Shown: positions 16,924-32,114, numbered from the stretch's first letter. The stretch: 64,000 bases of DNA from Actinomycetota bacterium (GCA_036397035.1 DASWJS010000014.1:36014-100013), one strand, 5' to 3'. Program-made: numbers and translations. The notes: generated by a model not told the origin, from the sequence alone.

Positions 16924-17687
16924 CAGCGCGCCTCCCGCGCCGGGGCCGGCGCGGGCGCGATGCCCAGCGTGCGCGCGCGCTCCAAGTCGGCCGGCGTGTC
17001 TACCTCCACCCAGTCGAGCCCTCCCACCGACACGGTACGCACTTCTCCTCCCGCGTCTGCGTAGGCCTGGAACCCGTCCTCGTAGTACAGGGACGGGTCG
17101 GCCCGCCAGGTCCGCTCGAGCGCCTCCGCCAGGTCCGCAGCCGCGGACGGCTCGATCAAGGTGACGCCGATGTACTCGCCGTGCGCGCGGGCGGGCTCCA
17201 TCTCCTTCGTGATGCGCGCGAGCCGCCCGTCCTCCAGCACGACCTTCATCTCCTCCTCGGCCAGCACCTTGACGTCGTCGAGCGCGATCAGCACGCCGGG
17301 CCCGCGCGCGGCGAGCATCCGCTGCTCGACCGCGACCGGATGGACGGTGTCGCCGTTGACGACCATCGCGCCGCGCGCGAAGTGCTCGCGCGCGAGCCAG
17401 AGCGAGTAGGCGTTGTTCCAGTCGAGCGCGCGGTCGTTCGCGACGAGGCCGAGCCGTACGCCGTGCGCGGCCTCCAGGTCGCTCACGCGCCGCTCGATCG
17501 CCTCCGCCGCGTAGCCGACGACGACGAAGACCTCCTCGATCCCCGCGGCGCGAAGGTTCGACAGCGCGACGTCCAGGATCGTCCAGCCGCCACCGATCGG
17601 CGCGAGCGCCTTCGGGATGTCCGCGGTCAGCGGGCGCAGGCGCTTGCCCTCACCGGCCGCGAGCACGATCCCGGCCAGGTCGCTCAC
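16923..17687 (-). CDS. nucleotidyltransferase (NTP_transferase family; putative polyol-phosphate cytidylyltransferase)
   Basis: 254 aa from GTG at 17687 (GTGA overlap with the upstream stop). N-terminus GIVLAAGEGKRLRPLTADIPKAL is the sugar/polyol-phosphate nucleotidyltransferase G-x-G-x-R motif. Size and fold resemble IPCT/MobA-like enzymes. Confidence 0.7.
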   Translation of the reverse strand: MSDLAGIVLAAGEGKRLRPLTADIPKALAPIGGGWTILDVALSNLRAAGIEEVFVVVGYAAEAIERRVSDLEAAHGVRLGLVANDRALDWNNAYSLWLAREHFARGAMVVNGDTVHPVAVEQRMLAARGPGVLIALDDVKVLAEEEMKVVLEDGRLARITKEMEPARAHGEYIGVTLIEPSAAADLAEALERTWRADPSLYYEDGFQAYADAGGEVRTVSVGGLDWVEVDTPADLERARTLGIAPAPAPAREAR

Positions 17688-18517
17688 ACGCCCTCCGCCG
17701 GCCGGCTCTTCAGGATCCGCTTGACCAAACGCCGGGTCGCGCGAGAGGCGAGGAAGAGCTTCGCCACGATCGCGATCTCGAACGCCAGCAGCAGCGCCGC
17801 GGCGGCGAGCGTGACGACGGCCACCTGCCCGGTGGCGGGACCCAGGATGAACACGAACATCTGGAACTCGATGCCGCTGAACAGGTGCGAGCGGATGCGC
17901 CGGCGCCCCAGCGCGTTGCGAACCCGCGACAGCAACGGGAAGCGGCGGGCGACCGCGCGCTGTATGCGGTCCTCCTCGCCGCGTTCGGCCCCGATCCCGC
18001 CGGCTTTGAGGCCGGCCTCGCGTCGCGCGTCGCGCACCTGTTTGCGGAGCCGCGCCTGCAACGACTCGATCTTCAGCGCGTCCACGTACCGCAGCATGTC
18101 CAGGAAGATGACGAGCATCCCGAGGTACAGGTACCGCTCGTCGCCGGCGAGCCGGAACCGTCCGCCCATCAATGCGAGCGTGACCGCGAGCACGCGGATG
18201 CGATCGAAGACGTAGTCGAGCCACTCGCCGAAGTACGACCCCGTTCCCGCCAGGCGCGCGACCTTGCCGTCGACGCAATCCATCGTGAAGCTCGCGTGAT
18301 AGAGCAGCGCCCCCACGATCAGCGCGGTCGCCGAACCGCTCCAGAAGAACCACGCGGACGCGAGGCCCAAGGCGAGCGAGGCGGCTGAGATCTGGTTCGG
18401 CGTGAGCCTGGTGTAGTTCACCGCGACCAGGCTGAGGCGGACGGCGACCGGGTCCACCAGGATCACGGTCCACCACGAGTCGCGGGGCTTGATCGCACGC
18501 GTGCGCGCGTCGGCCAT
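17684..18517 (-). CDS. CDP-alcohol phosphatidyltransferase family protein (second copy)
   Basis: 277-aa membrane protein with DCVDGKVARLAGTGSYFGEWLDYVFDRIRVL (D-x2-DG-x2-AR...G...D-x3-D). Confidence 0.75.
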   Translation of the reverse strand: MADARTRAIKPRDSWWTVILVDPVAVRLSLVAVNYTRLTPNQISAASLALGLASAWFFWSGSATALIVGALLYHASFTMDCVDGKVARLAGTGSYFGEWLDYVFDRIRVLAVTLALMGGRFRLAGDERYLYLGMLVIFLDMLRYVDALKIESLQARLRKQVRDARREAGLKAGGIGAERGEEDRIQRAVARRFPLLSRVRNALGRRRIRSHLFSGIEFQMFVFILGPATGQVAVVTLAAAALLLAFEIAIVAKLFLASRATRRLVKRILKSRPAEGV

Positions 18518-18546
18518 CGTGTAGTGCGCGCGCGAGCGCGTCGTGC

Positions 18547-19359
18547 TCACTCCTCGTCCTCTGCCTCGTCCTGGAAGGCGGTGTAGAGCGGAAGGACCTC
18601 CTCGGTCGGACCGTCGGCTCGGACGACGCCGTTCTGCAGCCAGATCGTCCGCTCGCAGTAACGCGTCAGGTCGCTCTCGCGGTGCGACACCAGCACCAGC
18701 GTGCGTCCCTCCTTGGAGAGCTTGTCCTCCATCACTTTCACCGACTTGCGCTTGAAGCGCCGGTCGCCGACGGCGAACACTTCGTCGAGCAGCATCACGT
18801 CCGACTCCACCTGCGCCACGATGCTGAACCCGAGCCGCCCCTTCATGCCCGACGAGAAGTGCTTGAGCGGCATGTCCATGAACCCCTTCAAGCCGGAGAA
18901 GCGCACGATCTTGCGAAAGCGCGCGTCGATCTCCTTCTCGGTCAGGCCCATGATCATCCCCGACAGGTAGACGTTCTCGCGCGCGGTGAGATCGCCCGAG
19001 AAGCCGGCGCCGAGCTCGATCAGCGGCGCGACGCCGCCGTGTACGAGGACCTCGCCCTCGTCCGGGTAGAGCACGCCGGCGATCAGCTTCAGCAGCGTGC
19101 TCTTGCCGGACCCGTTCGAGCCGATCAGCCCGACCGACTCGCCCTTGCGGATCGTGAAGGTGACGTTGCGCAGGGCCCAGAACCGGTCGGCCTTCTGGAA
19201 CCCCCGGATGAAGTGGTCGCGGATGCGCGTCTTCCGGCGGCGGTTGACGTGGAACCAGATGCCGACGTCCCGGCATTCGATGATGGGCGGCGCGTCGGAC
19301 GGCGGCGCGTCGGGACGCCAGTCCTTCGTCACGGTTCCCGTCTGCTCGGCGTCGCTCAT
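18547..19359 (-). CDS. ABC transporter ATP-binding protein (TagH/Wzt-like exporter ATPase)
   Basis: 270 aa from MSDAEQT... with Walker A GSNGSGKST, ABC signature FSSGMKGRLGFS and Walker B VMLLDEVFAVGD. Overlaps the permease stop. Confidence 0.85.
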   Translation of the reverse strand: MSDAEQTGTVTKDWRPDAPPSDAPPIIECRDVGIWFHVNRRRKTRIRDHFIRGFQKADRFWALRNVTFTIRKGESVGLIGSNGSGKSTLLKLIAGVLYPDEGEVLVHGGVAPLIELGAGFSGDLTARENVYLSGMIMGLTEKEIDARFRKIVRFSGLKGFMDMPLKHFSSGMKGRLGFSIVAQVESDVMLLDEVFAVGDRRFKRKSVKVMEDKLSKEGRTLVLVSHRESDLTRYCERTIWLQNGVVRADGPTEEVLPLYTAFQDEAEDEE

Positions 19360-20264
19360 ATCTCTTTCAACACCCGCGGTTCGAGCCTGGTGAACAGCAG
19401 GTACCCGATCACCAGGATAAGCGCGCACCCGATCGCCGAATAGCCGACCGTCAGCCACGAGTCGAACTGACTCACCGTCGCGACGGCGCCGCCGCCGCGC
19501 GGGCGCATCGTCCATCCCGACCACGCGCTGCGGTGCAGCGTGAGGATTCCCGTCATCGGGTTGAGCCGGTAGAGCGTCTGCGCGAGCGAGGACGCGCGCT
19601 CGTCCACCAGGATCAGCGGGTAGAGCACCGGCGAGAGGTAGAACCACGCGCGAAGCACCGGACGCGAGACGCGCTCGAGATCGCGCAGCAACGTGTTCGC
19701 CGCGCTGAGCCCGAGCGACAGGCCGGTCAGCAGCATCAACTGCAGCACGATCGCCAGCGGCAGGTAGAACATGTACAGCGAGGGCCGCAGCCCGAAGGCG
19801 AATGCGACCGGCACCAGCACCGAGATCGTGATGAGGAACTCGATGCCCTTCGTGAGCACGAGCTGCATCGGGTAGATCTCGCGCGGGAGGTCGCCGATCT
19901 TGCTGATGAGCTTGGAGTTTCCGCGAAGCGTGCGCATCGAGCCGGTGAAGCTGGCGCTCATCCATTGCCAGGCGAGGATGCCCGACAGGATGTAGGGCGG
20001 GAACGGCTGCACGCGGCCGAGCCGTCCGATCAGGCCGAAGACCAGCCAGTACACGCCCGTCATCAGCAGCGGCTCCAGGACCGACCAGAAGTAGCCGAGC
20101 GTGGAGCCCTCGTACTTCACCGACAGGTCGGTTCGGATCATCCGTTGCAGGACGGCTCGGCGCTTGCGGATGCGCTGGATGCGGGTGCCGAGCGTCAGGG
20201 AGGTGGTCACGACGGCACATGATATCGGCGGTGTCGCCGAACCCGAACTTGCCCGTTCGGGCAC
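19356..20264 (-). CDS. ABC-2 type transporter permease (TagG/Wzm-like)
   Basis: 302 aa with 6 predicted TM helices and an N-terminal R/K-rich segment (RIQRIRKRRAVLQRMIRTDLSVKYEGSTLGYFW), typical of polysaccharide/teichoic-acid ABC-2 permeases. Confidence 0.8.
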   Translation of the reverse strand: MPERASSGSATPPISCAVVTTSLTLGTRIQRIRKRRAVLQRMIRTDLSVKYEGSTLGYFWSVLEPLLMTGVYWLVFGLIGRLGRVQPFPPYILSGILAWQWMSASFTGSMRTLRGNSKLISKIGDLPREIYPMQLVLTKGIEFLITISVLVPVAFAFGLRPSLYMFYLPLAIVLQLMLLTGLSLGLSAANTLLRDLERVSRPVLRAWFYLSPVLYPLILVDERASSLAQTLYRLNPMTGILTLHRSAWSGWTMRPRGGGAVATVSQFDSWLTVGYSAIGCALILVIGYLLFTRLEPRVLKEI

Positions 20265-20286
20265 GCCCTGCGCGCCGGGAGCGCGT

Positions 20287-21258
20287 TCATCGCGTCGCGC
20301 GGGCGCGCCCGAACAGGAATCCCGCGCCCCAACCGACGTGCATGACGGGCAGCACGACGGGCAGCAGGAACGCCGCCGGCGCGCGGCGTGCGAGCGCGAG
20401 GCCCGTCGCGCTCAGCAGGAGCACGCCCGCGTAGACGACCGGCAAGGCGAGCGCCGCGCCGCGAAGGGGCGTGAACGCCAGGCCGGCCGAGGCGACCAGG
20501 CCGAGCACGAGCGCGACCGGCGCGGCCTGGCGCGGCCGCAGCGCGCGCCAGCTCTTGCGGAACGTCCGTCGCTTCCACGCGCCCGACCCCCAGTACTGAC
20601 GCCAGAGCGCGCCGAGGGAGGCGCGCGGCCGGTAGGTCACGCGCAAGTCGGGGTGGAAGTAGACGCGGCCGCCGCTGGCCCGGATGCGGTAGTTCAGCTC
20701 CGAGTCCTGGTTGCGCAGCAGGCGCTCGTCGAAGTAACCGACGCGTTCGAGCGCCGCTCGCCGGAACGTCCCGAGGAAGACGGTGTCCACCTCGCCGGGC
20801 GGCCCGCCCGTGCGGAAGCGCGCGTCCCCGACGCCGATCTTGATGCTCATGCCGAGCGCGATCGCGCGCTGCATCGTCGTGGCGCCCTCCGCGGCCTGGA
20901 TGCCGCCCACGTTGTCGGCGCCCGTTTCCATCAGCAGCTCGACCGCGCGGCGGACGTAGCCCTCGGGGAAGCGGACGTGGCCGTCGCACCGCACGATCAC
21001 CTCGCCGGTCGAGCGGCGGATCGCGGCGTTCAGGCCCGAGGGCGTGTGACCGGACGGATTCTCGACGATCGCCACGCGCGGGTCCGCCGCCGCGATGCGC
21101 TCGAGCATCGCGCGCGAGCCGTCGGCGGACGCGCCCTCGGCTGCGATTACCTCGAACGGTCGCGGATAGTCCTGCGCGAGGATGGACCCGAGCGACTCCT
21201 CCAGGGTCGCCTCCTCGTTGCGGACCGGCATCACGATGGACAGCGTCGGCCAGTCCAT
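20287..21258 (-). CDS. glycosyltransferase family 2 with C-terminal TM anchor (polyprenyl-phosphate glycosyltransferase-like)
   Basis: 323 aa from MDWPTLSIVMPVRNEEATL... (GT-A N-terminus, DxD region, C-terminal hydrophobic helices). The N-terminal part of the track ORF is frame artefact. Confidence 0.8.
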   Translation of the reverse strand: MDWPTLSIVMPVRNEEATLEESLGSILAQDYPRPFEVIAAEGASADGSRAMLERIAAADPRVAIVENPSGHTPSGLNAAIRRSTGEVIVRCDGHVRFPEGYVRRAVELLMETGADNVGGIQAAEGATTMQRAIALGMSIKIGVGDARFRTGGPPGEVDTVFLGTFRRAALERVGYFDERLLRNQDSELNYRIRASGGRVYFHPDLRVTYRPRASLGALWRQYWGSGAWKRRTFRKSWRALRPRQAAPVALVLGLVASAGLAFTPLRGAALALPVVYAGVLLLSATGLALARRAPAAFLLPVVLPVMHVGWGAGFLFGRARATR

Positions 21259-22226
21259 CAACCGGTCCGCTCCCCGACGAATCCGGCGAGCGAGCGCAGC
21301 TTGTCGCGAGCAGGGTCCGGCGCAAGCCCGTCCAGCGCCTCCGTCGCGCGGGCCTGCCAGCGCTCGATCTCGATGCGCGCGCGCTCGACCGAGCCGTTCT
21401 CGCGCAGGATCGACAGCGCGCGATCGACCTCGCCCGCGTCGAGCGCGGCGCGCAACTCCCCGGCACCCGGGACCGAGCCCGCGAAGGTCTCCAGCACCGG
21501 AAGCGTGTAGACACCCTCGCGCAGGTCCGTTCCCGGCACCTTGCCGGTGTCGTCCACCGTGCCCGCGACGTCCAGCACGTCGTCGGCAAGCTGGAAGGCG
21601 ACGCCCACCGCCTCGCCGTAGGCGGTAAGGCGTTCCACGGTCTGGTCGTCCGCGCCGGCGACCCACGCGCCGAGGTGGCACGAGCTGGCGAGCAGCGACG
21701 CGGTCTTGCGCTTGACGACGTCCAGGTACGTCTCGATGCTCGGCGTCGCCGATCCGGCCCCGGCCGTCTCGATGATCTCGCCCTCGCACAGGTCGCCGAT
21801 CGTGTTCGCGAGCCGGATGCAGACGTAGGGTCCCAGCTCGGCCGCGAGGGCCGAAGCCCGCGCGAGCAGGAAGTCCCCGGTCAGCACGGCGACGTGGTTG
21901 TCGTAGCGCGCGTTCACCGTTTCCACGCCGCGGCGCACCGTCGTCTCGTCGATGACGTCGTCGTGGTAGAGCGTGGCCAGGTGGGTCAGCTCGATCGCGG
22001 CGGCGCAGCGCACGAGGTCTCCGTGGTCGCCGTCGCCGAACCGTCCCGCGAGCATGGTCAGGATCGGGCGGAGCCGCTTGCCCCCCGCGTCGATGAGGTG
22101 CACCGACGCCTGCGAGACGAGCGGATGGTCCGAGGCGACGGTCGACCGCATCAGAGCGTCGACGTCGTCCAACGACGCCCGCAGGCCCTCGTCCACGATC
22201 GACGGATCGAGCAACGACATCGGCAC
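21258..22226 (-). CDS. polyprenyl diphosphate synthase (trans-isoprenyl diphosphate synthase family)
   Basis: 322 aa with first and second Asp-rich motifs (LYHDDVIDET and FQLADDVLDV). Starts 5 nt after the nuoN stop. Confidence 0.85.
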   Translation of the reverse strand: MPMSLLDPSIVDEGLRASLDDVDALMRSTVASDHPLVSQASVHLIDAGGKRLRPILTMLAGRFGDGDHGDLVRCAAAIELTHLATLYHDDVIDETTVRRGVETVNARYDNHVAVLTGDFLLARASALAAELGPYVCIRLANTIGDLCEGEIIETAGAGSATPSIETYLDVVKRKTASLLASSCHLGAWVAGADDQTVERLTAYGEAVGVAFQLADDVLDVAGTVDDTGKVPGTDLREGVYTLPVLETFAGSVPGAGELRAALDAGEVDRALSILRENGSVERARIEIERWQARATEALDGLAPDPARDKLRSLAGFVGERTG

Positions 22227-22230
22227 GACG

Positions 22231-23693
22231 CTACCCCGTGAAGACGGCCGCCGTGCGCGCGAGGTCCATCAGCGCCTGCGGGTAGACCCCGAGCGCGAGT
22301 GTCGCCAGACCGGTCACGGCCAGCGCGACGCCGGCGGGCATCCCGACCGTCACCGGCTCCATCGAGGGCTCGGGCTCCTGCATCCACATCGCCACGATCA
22401 GGCGCAAGTAGAAGAACGCGGCGATGACGCTCGCGGCGACGCCGGCGAGGACGAGCCAGGTCTCCCCCGCCTCCACCGCGGCCTTGAACACGAAGAACTT
22501 GGCCATGAACCCGGCCGTCGGCGGCAGCCCGGCCATCGAGACAAGGAACAGCGTCATCGCGCCGGCGACGACGGGCGAGCCGCGCCCGAGCCCCGCCCAC
22601 GCGCCGACGTCGAGCCGCTCGCTCCCGCGCGCGAACGTCGCGGCGACGAGCGCGAAGGCGCCGATCGTCATCAGCGCGTAGACGAGGAGATAGAACAGCG
22701 AGCCGGCGAGCCCCTGTCGGTCCGCGGCCACGACGCCGATCAGCACGAAGCCCGCGTGGGCGATCGAGGAGTAGGCGAGCAGCCGCTTCACGTCCGTCTG
22801 CACGATCGCGACGACCGACCCGAGCAGCATCGTCACGATCGCGATCAGCCACAGGGCCGGCCGCCAGTCGAATTGCAGCGAGCCGAACGAGACGAGGAAC
22901 ACGCGCAGCAGCGCCGCGAACGCGGCCGCCTTGGTCGCCGCCGCCATGAACCCGGTCACCGTCGTCGGCGCTCCCTGGTAGACATCCGGCGTCCACATGT
23001 GGAACGGCACCGCGCCGACCTTGAACGCGAAGCCGACCGCGACCAGGGCCACGGCCGGCCAGAGCAGGTCCAGGTCGGCCGTCCCGCCGGCGACGGCGTC
23101 GGCGATCGCGCTGATGCTCGTCTCGCCGGTCGCCCCGTAGGCGAGCGCGATGCCGTAGAGCAGGATCGCGCTGGAGAACGCGCCGAGCAGGAAGTACTTC
23201 ATCGAGGCTTCCTGCGCGCCGCCGTCGGCTCGCGCCAGCCCGACCAGCACGTAGAGCGACAGCGAGAGCACCTCGAGCGCGATGAAGAGCAGGATCAGGT
23301 TCGCGGCCGAGGCCAGCAGCACCATGCCGGCGGTCGCGAGCAGCAGCAGCGGATAGAACTCGAAGCGGTGAATGCGCCGGGCGCTCAGGTAGTCGAAGGA
23401 CGCCAGGACCGTCAGGCCGGCCGCGAGCAGCAGCACGAGGTTGGTGAACAGCGCCACGCCGTCCACCGCCACCATCCCCTGCATGCCGACGATCTCGCGG
23501 TCGGCGCGCGCGAGGTCGAACGTGAGGAACCCGGCGCCGCCGAGCGCCGCCAGCGTCAGGATCGCGAAGCGCTCGCGCCGGATGCGTCGCGCGAACGCTC
23601 CCCACAGCAGGGTCAGCGCCGCCGCGCCCGCGAGCACGAGCACCGGACCGATGCTGCGCCAGACGATCTCCGGGGTGGCCTGGATGGGCACGC

Positions 23694-23697
<4 letters not shown>
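22231..23697 (-). CDS. nuoN: NADH-quinone oxidoreductase subunit N
   Basis: 488 aa from MSVPIQATPE... (FKVGAVPFHMWTPDVYQGAPT). ATG overlaps the nuoM stop (ATGA). The upstream part of the 926-aa track ORF is frame artefact. Confidence 0.9.
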
Positions 23698-27169
<3,472 letters not shown>

Positions 27170-27173
<4 letters not shown>

Positions 27174-27510
27174 CCCTTCAGCGCGCTCACGTCGTCAACG
27201 GACGCAGCGTCGACCGCCGTCGCGCCGGCGGGGACGCGGCCTTTCCGGCGGAAGATAGCGACGATGATGCCGAGCCCCACCACGACCTCCGCCGCGGCGA
27301 CGACCATCACGAAGAAGGCGAGCACCTGGCCGTCCAGCCCGCCGTGGATCTTCGCGAAGGTCACCAGGGTGAGGTTGACCGCGTTCAGCATCAGCTCGAT
27401 GCCCATGAAGATCCGCAGCGCGTTCTTGCGCAGCAGGACCGCCGCGGTTCCCGTCGCGAACAGGATCGCCGCGAGGCCGAGGAAGTGCGAGGGCTGGACC
27501 TGGAAGAAGC

Positions 27511-27514
<4 letters not shown>
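27170..27514 (-). CDS. nuoK: NADH-quinone oxidoreductase subunit K
   Basis: 114 aa with 3 TM helices ([16 protein letters not shown]...[15 protein letters not shown]). Confidence 0.85.
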
Positions 27515-28059
<545 letters not shown>

Positions 28060-28077
28060 GCTCCCCCCTTTCGCTTC

Positions 28078-28629
28078 TCAGTCGTTGCGAGCCGCCGCCT
28101 CGGCCGACGTCAGCGGCGGCGTGACCTGCGGTCCGCCGTAGTAGCTCAGACCGCGCGCCCGCACGTCCTCGTCGGTGTGCGGCAGCGCCGTCACGTCCGC
28201 CGGCAGCGGCGCGAGCAGCATCTCCTTGACGTAGACGAGGTCCTCGCGCGAGGCCTCCGACAGCTCGTACTCCGTGCTCATCGTCAGCGCCCGCGTCGGG
28301 CAGGCCTCGATGCAGAGTCCGCAGAAGATACAGCGCGCGTAGGAGATCTGATAGTCGATCGCGTAGCGCTCGCCCGGCGAGTAGCGGGCGTCCGGCGCGT
28401 TGTCGGCGCCCTGGACGAAGATCGCATCCGCGGGACAGGCCCAGGCGCACAGCTCACACCCGATGCACTTCTCAAGCCCGTCCTCGTACCGGTTCAGGAC
28501 GTGGCGGCCGTGGTAGCGCGGCGACGGGTCCTTGCGCTGCTCGGGATACTGCGCGGTGACCGGACGCCGAAGCATGTGGCGAGCCGTCACGGCGAGCCCC
28601 TTCGCGATCTCCAGCAGCGCCACGCTCAT
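28078..28629 (-). CDS. nuoI: NADH-quinone oxidoreductase subunit I
   Basis: 183 aa from [11 protein letters not shown].. with [12 protein letters not shown] and [16 protein letters not shown] overlap with the nuoH stop. Confidence 0.85.
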   Translation of the reverse strand: MSVALLEIAKGLAVTARHMLRRPVTAQYPEQRKDPSPRYHGRHVLNRYEDGLEKCIGCELCAWACPADAIFVQGADNAPDARYSPGERYAIDYQISYARCIFCGLCIEACPTRALTMSTEYELSEASREDLVYVKEMLLAPLPADVTALPHTDEDVRARGLSYYGGPQVTPPLTSAEAAARND

Positions 28630-29798
28630 CCCCTCCGCAGCGGGTTCAGGACCCGCGGGTCGAGCGTGCCGAAGCGGCGGCGCGTGATCACCGTCATCCA
28701 GCCCAGGAACGCGACGCCGAAGGCGATCGCGGTCGCGGCGCCGAGCGTCGCGCGGTCCACCTCCTGCGGCAGCACGACGAGCGCCGAGGTGACCATCATC
28801 CACGCGAGCGAGAACGGCAGCAGCACCTTCCAGCCGAAGCGCATCAGCTTGTCGTAGCGGATGCGCGGGAGCGTCGCGCGCACCCACATGAACACGAAGA
28901 TCATCGCGCCGAGCTTGCCCAGGAACCACACGACCGGCCACAGCGGCCGCAGGAACGGCAGGACGGGGCCGCGCCATCCGCCCAGGAACAGCGTCGTGAC
29001 GATGGCGGACGTCGCGATCACGTGCAGGTACTCGGCGAGGAAGAACATGGCGAACTTGATGCCGGAGTACTCGGTGTGGAAGCCGGCGACCAGCTCGGTC
29101 TCGGCTTCCGGCAGGTCGAAGGGCGCACGGTTCGTCTCGGCGAGCCCGGCGACGAAGAAGATGACGAACGCCGGCAACTGCGACAGGACGAACCAGTGCG
29201 GGACGATCCCGCCGTAGGCGCCCGCTTGCGCATCGACGATCCCGCGCGTGGACAGCGTGCCGGCCTGGATCACGACCGCGACCACCGCCAGGCCCATCGC
29301 CAGCTCGTAGGAGATCATCTGCGCGCTCGACCGCACCCCGCCGAGCAGCGGGTAGACGCTGCCGCTCGACCAGCCGGCGAGGACGACGCCGTAGACCATC
29401 AGGCTGCCCATCGCCAGAAAGAACAAGATGCCGACGTTCAGGTCGGCGAGCTGGAGTCGGATCACGCGCTCGCCGATCGTCCAGGTGTCGCCGAAGGGCA
29501 CGACGGCGAACGAGGCGAACGCGGGGACGAGAGCCGCTAGCGGCGCGATGAAGTACACGCCGCGCTCGGCCGCGAGCGGGTTGATGTCCTCCTTGAAGAA
29601 CAGCTTCACGCCGTCGGCGAGCGCCTGGAGCATGCCCATCGGGCCCACGCGGTTCGGGCCGATGCGCTGCTGCATGATCGCGACGACGCGACGCTCGGCC
29701 CAGATGGTGAACATCACGCTGACGAGCAGGAAGCCGAACACCACGACGACCTTGATGGCGGCGATCAGGATCTCCCAGCCGTCGAAGGGTTGCGTCAT
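28626..29798 (-). CDS. nuoH: NADH-quinone oxidoreductase subunit H
   Basis: 390 aa from MTQPFDGW... ([39 protein letters not shown]). ATG at 29798 overlaps the nuoG stop. Confidence 0.9.
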   Translation of the reverse strand: MTQPFDGWEILIAAIKVVVVFGFLLVSVMFTIWAERRVVAIMQQRIGPNRVGPMGMLQALADGVKLFFKEDINPLAAERGVYFIAPLAALVPAFASFAVVPFGDTWTIGERVIRLQLADLNVGILFFLAMGSLMVYGVVLAGWSSGSVYPLLGGVRSSAQMISYELAMGLAVVAVVIQAGTLSTRGIVDAQAGAYGGIVPHWFVLSQLPAFVIFFVAGLAETNRAPFDLPEAETELVAGFHTEYSGIKFAMFFLAEYLHVIATSAIVTTLFLGGWRGPVLPFLRPLWPVVWFLGKLGAMIFVFMWVRATLPRIRYDKLMRFGWKVLLPFSLAWMMVTSALVVLPQEVDRATLGAATAIAFGVAFLGWMTVITRRRFGTLDPRVLNPLRRG

Positions 29799-32114
29799 GC
29801 GCCGCTCTCCGGCTCGATCTCGACGACCGGGAACGGGTCGTCGAGCGACAGTAGCGCGCGCACGTCCATGCCCGCCTGGTTCGACGGGACGAGCACGCAG
29901 CCGTCCGCGATCCCCTCGTCGACGACGGCGGGCCCGGCCACCGCGCCCAGGCGCGCGCGCGCGCGGATCCGCGCTCCGTCCGACACGCCGCGCGCGCGCG
30001 CCGACGCCGGACTGAGGCCGATCCGAGGCCCGGGCGCGGTGTGCGCCAGCAGGTCCGACCCGGCCATGAGCGTGCCCTGGTCGATCAGGTCGTCCACGAC
30101 CACCAAGCGCGTGTCCTTGCCCGGGGCGCCCGCCGCCCACGGGTCCAGCGCGACCGCGGGCCCGCGCTCGGCGCGCAGCGCCGCCATCTCGCGCGCCAGC
30201 GTTCGCTCGTCCGGGAAGCCGCGCCCGAACGCTTCGGCGACGTGGCGCAGGATCGTGGCGGTCGTGTCGGCGAGACCGGGCGGCGGGATCGAGCCGCGCA
30301 GGCTCGCGCGCGTTCCCTCCCACGTCGTCACCGTCCCGTCCCGCTCGAACGAGGAGGCCGCCGGCAGGACCACGTCGGCCATCCGCGAGGAAGCGGTGAG
30401 GAACATGTCCAGCGCGACGACGAACCCGGCGCCGTCGATCGCGCGCGAGCCGAGCGACGCGTCCGGCACGGCGGTCACCGGGTCGGCGCCTGCCAGGAAG
30501 AGCACCTCCGGCGACGCGGCCGCCATCGATCGCAGACCGCCGCCGGCGCCGGACGGGAGCGGCCCCCACACGGCCTCGGCGGCGGCCACAGCGGCGGCCA
30601 CAGCGTCCGCCCGGACGCCGCCGGGCAGCAGCGCCGGGTGCAGGCCCGCTTCGATCGCGCCGCGGACGCCGGAGGCGCGCGGGATCCAGCCGAACCGCCC
30701 CTGAAGCTCAATCGCCAGGTTCCACGCGGCCGTCAACGCGCCGGGGGAAGCGGCAAGCCGCTCGCCGGTGAGCACGACCGCCGCGCCGGCCGCGCCGGAC
30801 AGCTCGGCCGCGAGCGCGGACAGCACCGCCGCCTCGCCGCCGGGCGCGCAGGGCAGCCAGGCGCCGGCGAGCCGCGTTCGCCGCGGACCGACCTCGATGA
30901 TGTGCGTGCCGCGTTCGCGGGCGGCCTTCCGCGCCCGCAGGTAGACGATCGGCGCGTCCTGGTGCAGGTCGATGCCCGCCACGATGATCGCGCGCGCGGC
31001 GTCGACGTCCGCGTAGGTCGCCGTCTCGGTCCGAGGGAGCGCTGCGAGGACGGGGGTCTCCTCCTCGCTCGGCGCAGGCCGGAGCGTGTCGACCTCGTTC
31101 GTCCCGAGCACCGTGCGCGCGAAGCGCGACAGCGCGAACGCGTCCTCGTCCGCCAGGTGCCGTCCGGCGAGCACGGCGGTGCGTCCCCCGTTGCCGTTCG
31201 CGGCGCGCAAGCGCTCCGCGATCGCGTCGAGCGCCTCCGTCCAGCTCACCGCGACGAAGTCGTCGCCCTTGCGAACGAGCGGCTCGGTCACGCGATCCGC
31301 GTGAGCCACGAACCCGGTCCCCCAGCGGCCCTTGTCGCAGATCCACGCGTCGTTCACCGCGCGATCCTCGCGCGCCAGCACCCGGACCAGCTCGCCCCGC
31401 CGCGTCTGCACGTCGATCGCGCAGCCGCTCGCGCAGCGCGTGCAGGTGCTCGACGTCGTGACCACGTCGAAGGGCCGCGCGCGGAAGCGATAGTCGGTCG
31501 CGGTCAGCGCGCCGACCGGGCAGATCTGCACGACGTTGCCGCTGAAGATGCTCTCGTAGGGCTCGTCTTCGCTGATCGAGACCTGCTCCAGCGCGCCGCG
31601 CTCGAACAGCTCGATGAACGGGTCGCCGGAGATCTGGTCGGCGAACCGCGTGCAGCGCGCGCACAGCACGCAGCGCTCGCGGTCGAGCTTGATCTGCTCG
31701 GAGATCGGAATCGGCTTGGTGAACCGGCGCTTGGCGTCCACGTAGCGCGAGCCGCCCGGGCCGTACGCGAGCGCTTGGTCCTGCAGCGGGCACTCGCCGC
31801 CCTTGTCGCACATCGGGCAGTCGAGCGGGTGGTTGATCAGCAGCAGCTCCAGCACGCCGCGCTGTCCGTCCTGCGCGATCTCGCTCGTCGCCTGGGTCTT
31901 GACCACCATGCCCTCGGTGCACGTCGTCGTGCAGGACGTGAGCGGCTTGCGCTGGCCCTCGACCTCGACCAGGCACTGCCGGCACGCGCCGAGCGGGTCG
32001 AGCATCGGGTGGTCGCAGAAGCGCGGCACGTAGATGCCGAGCCGCTCGGCCGCTCGTATGACGAGCGTCCCCTCGGGGACCGTGATCTCGCGCCCGTCGA
32101 TCGTGAGCGTGACC

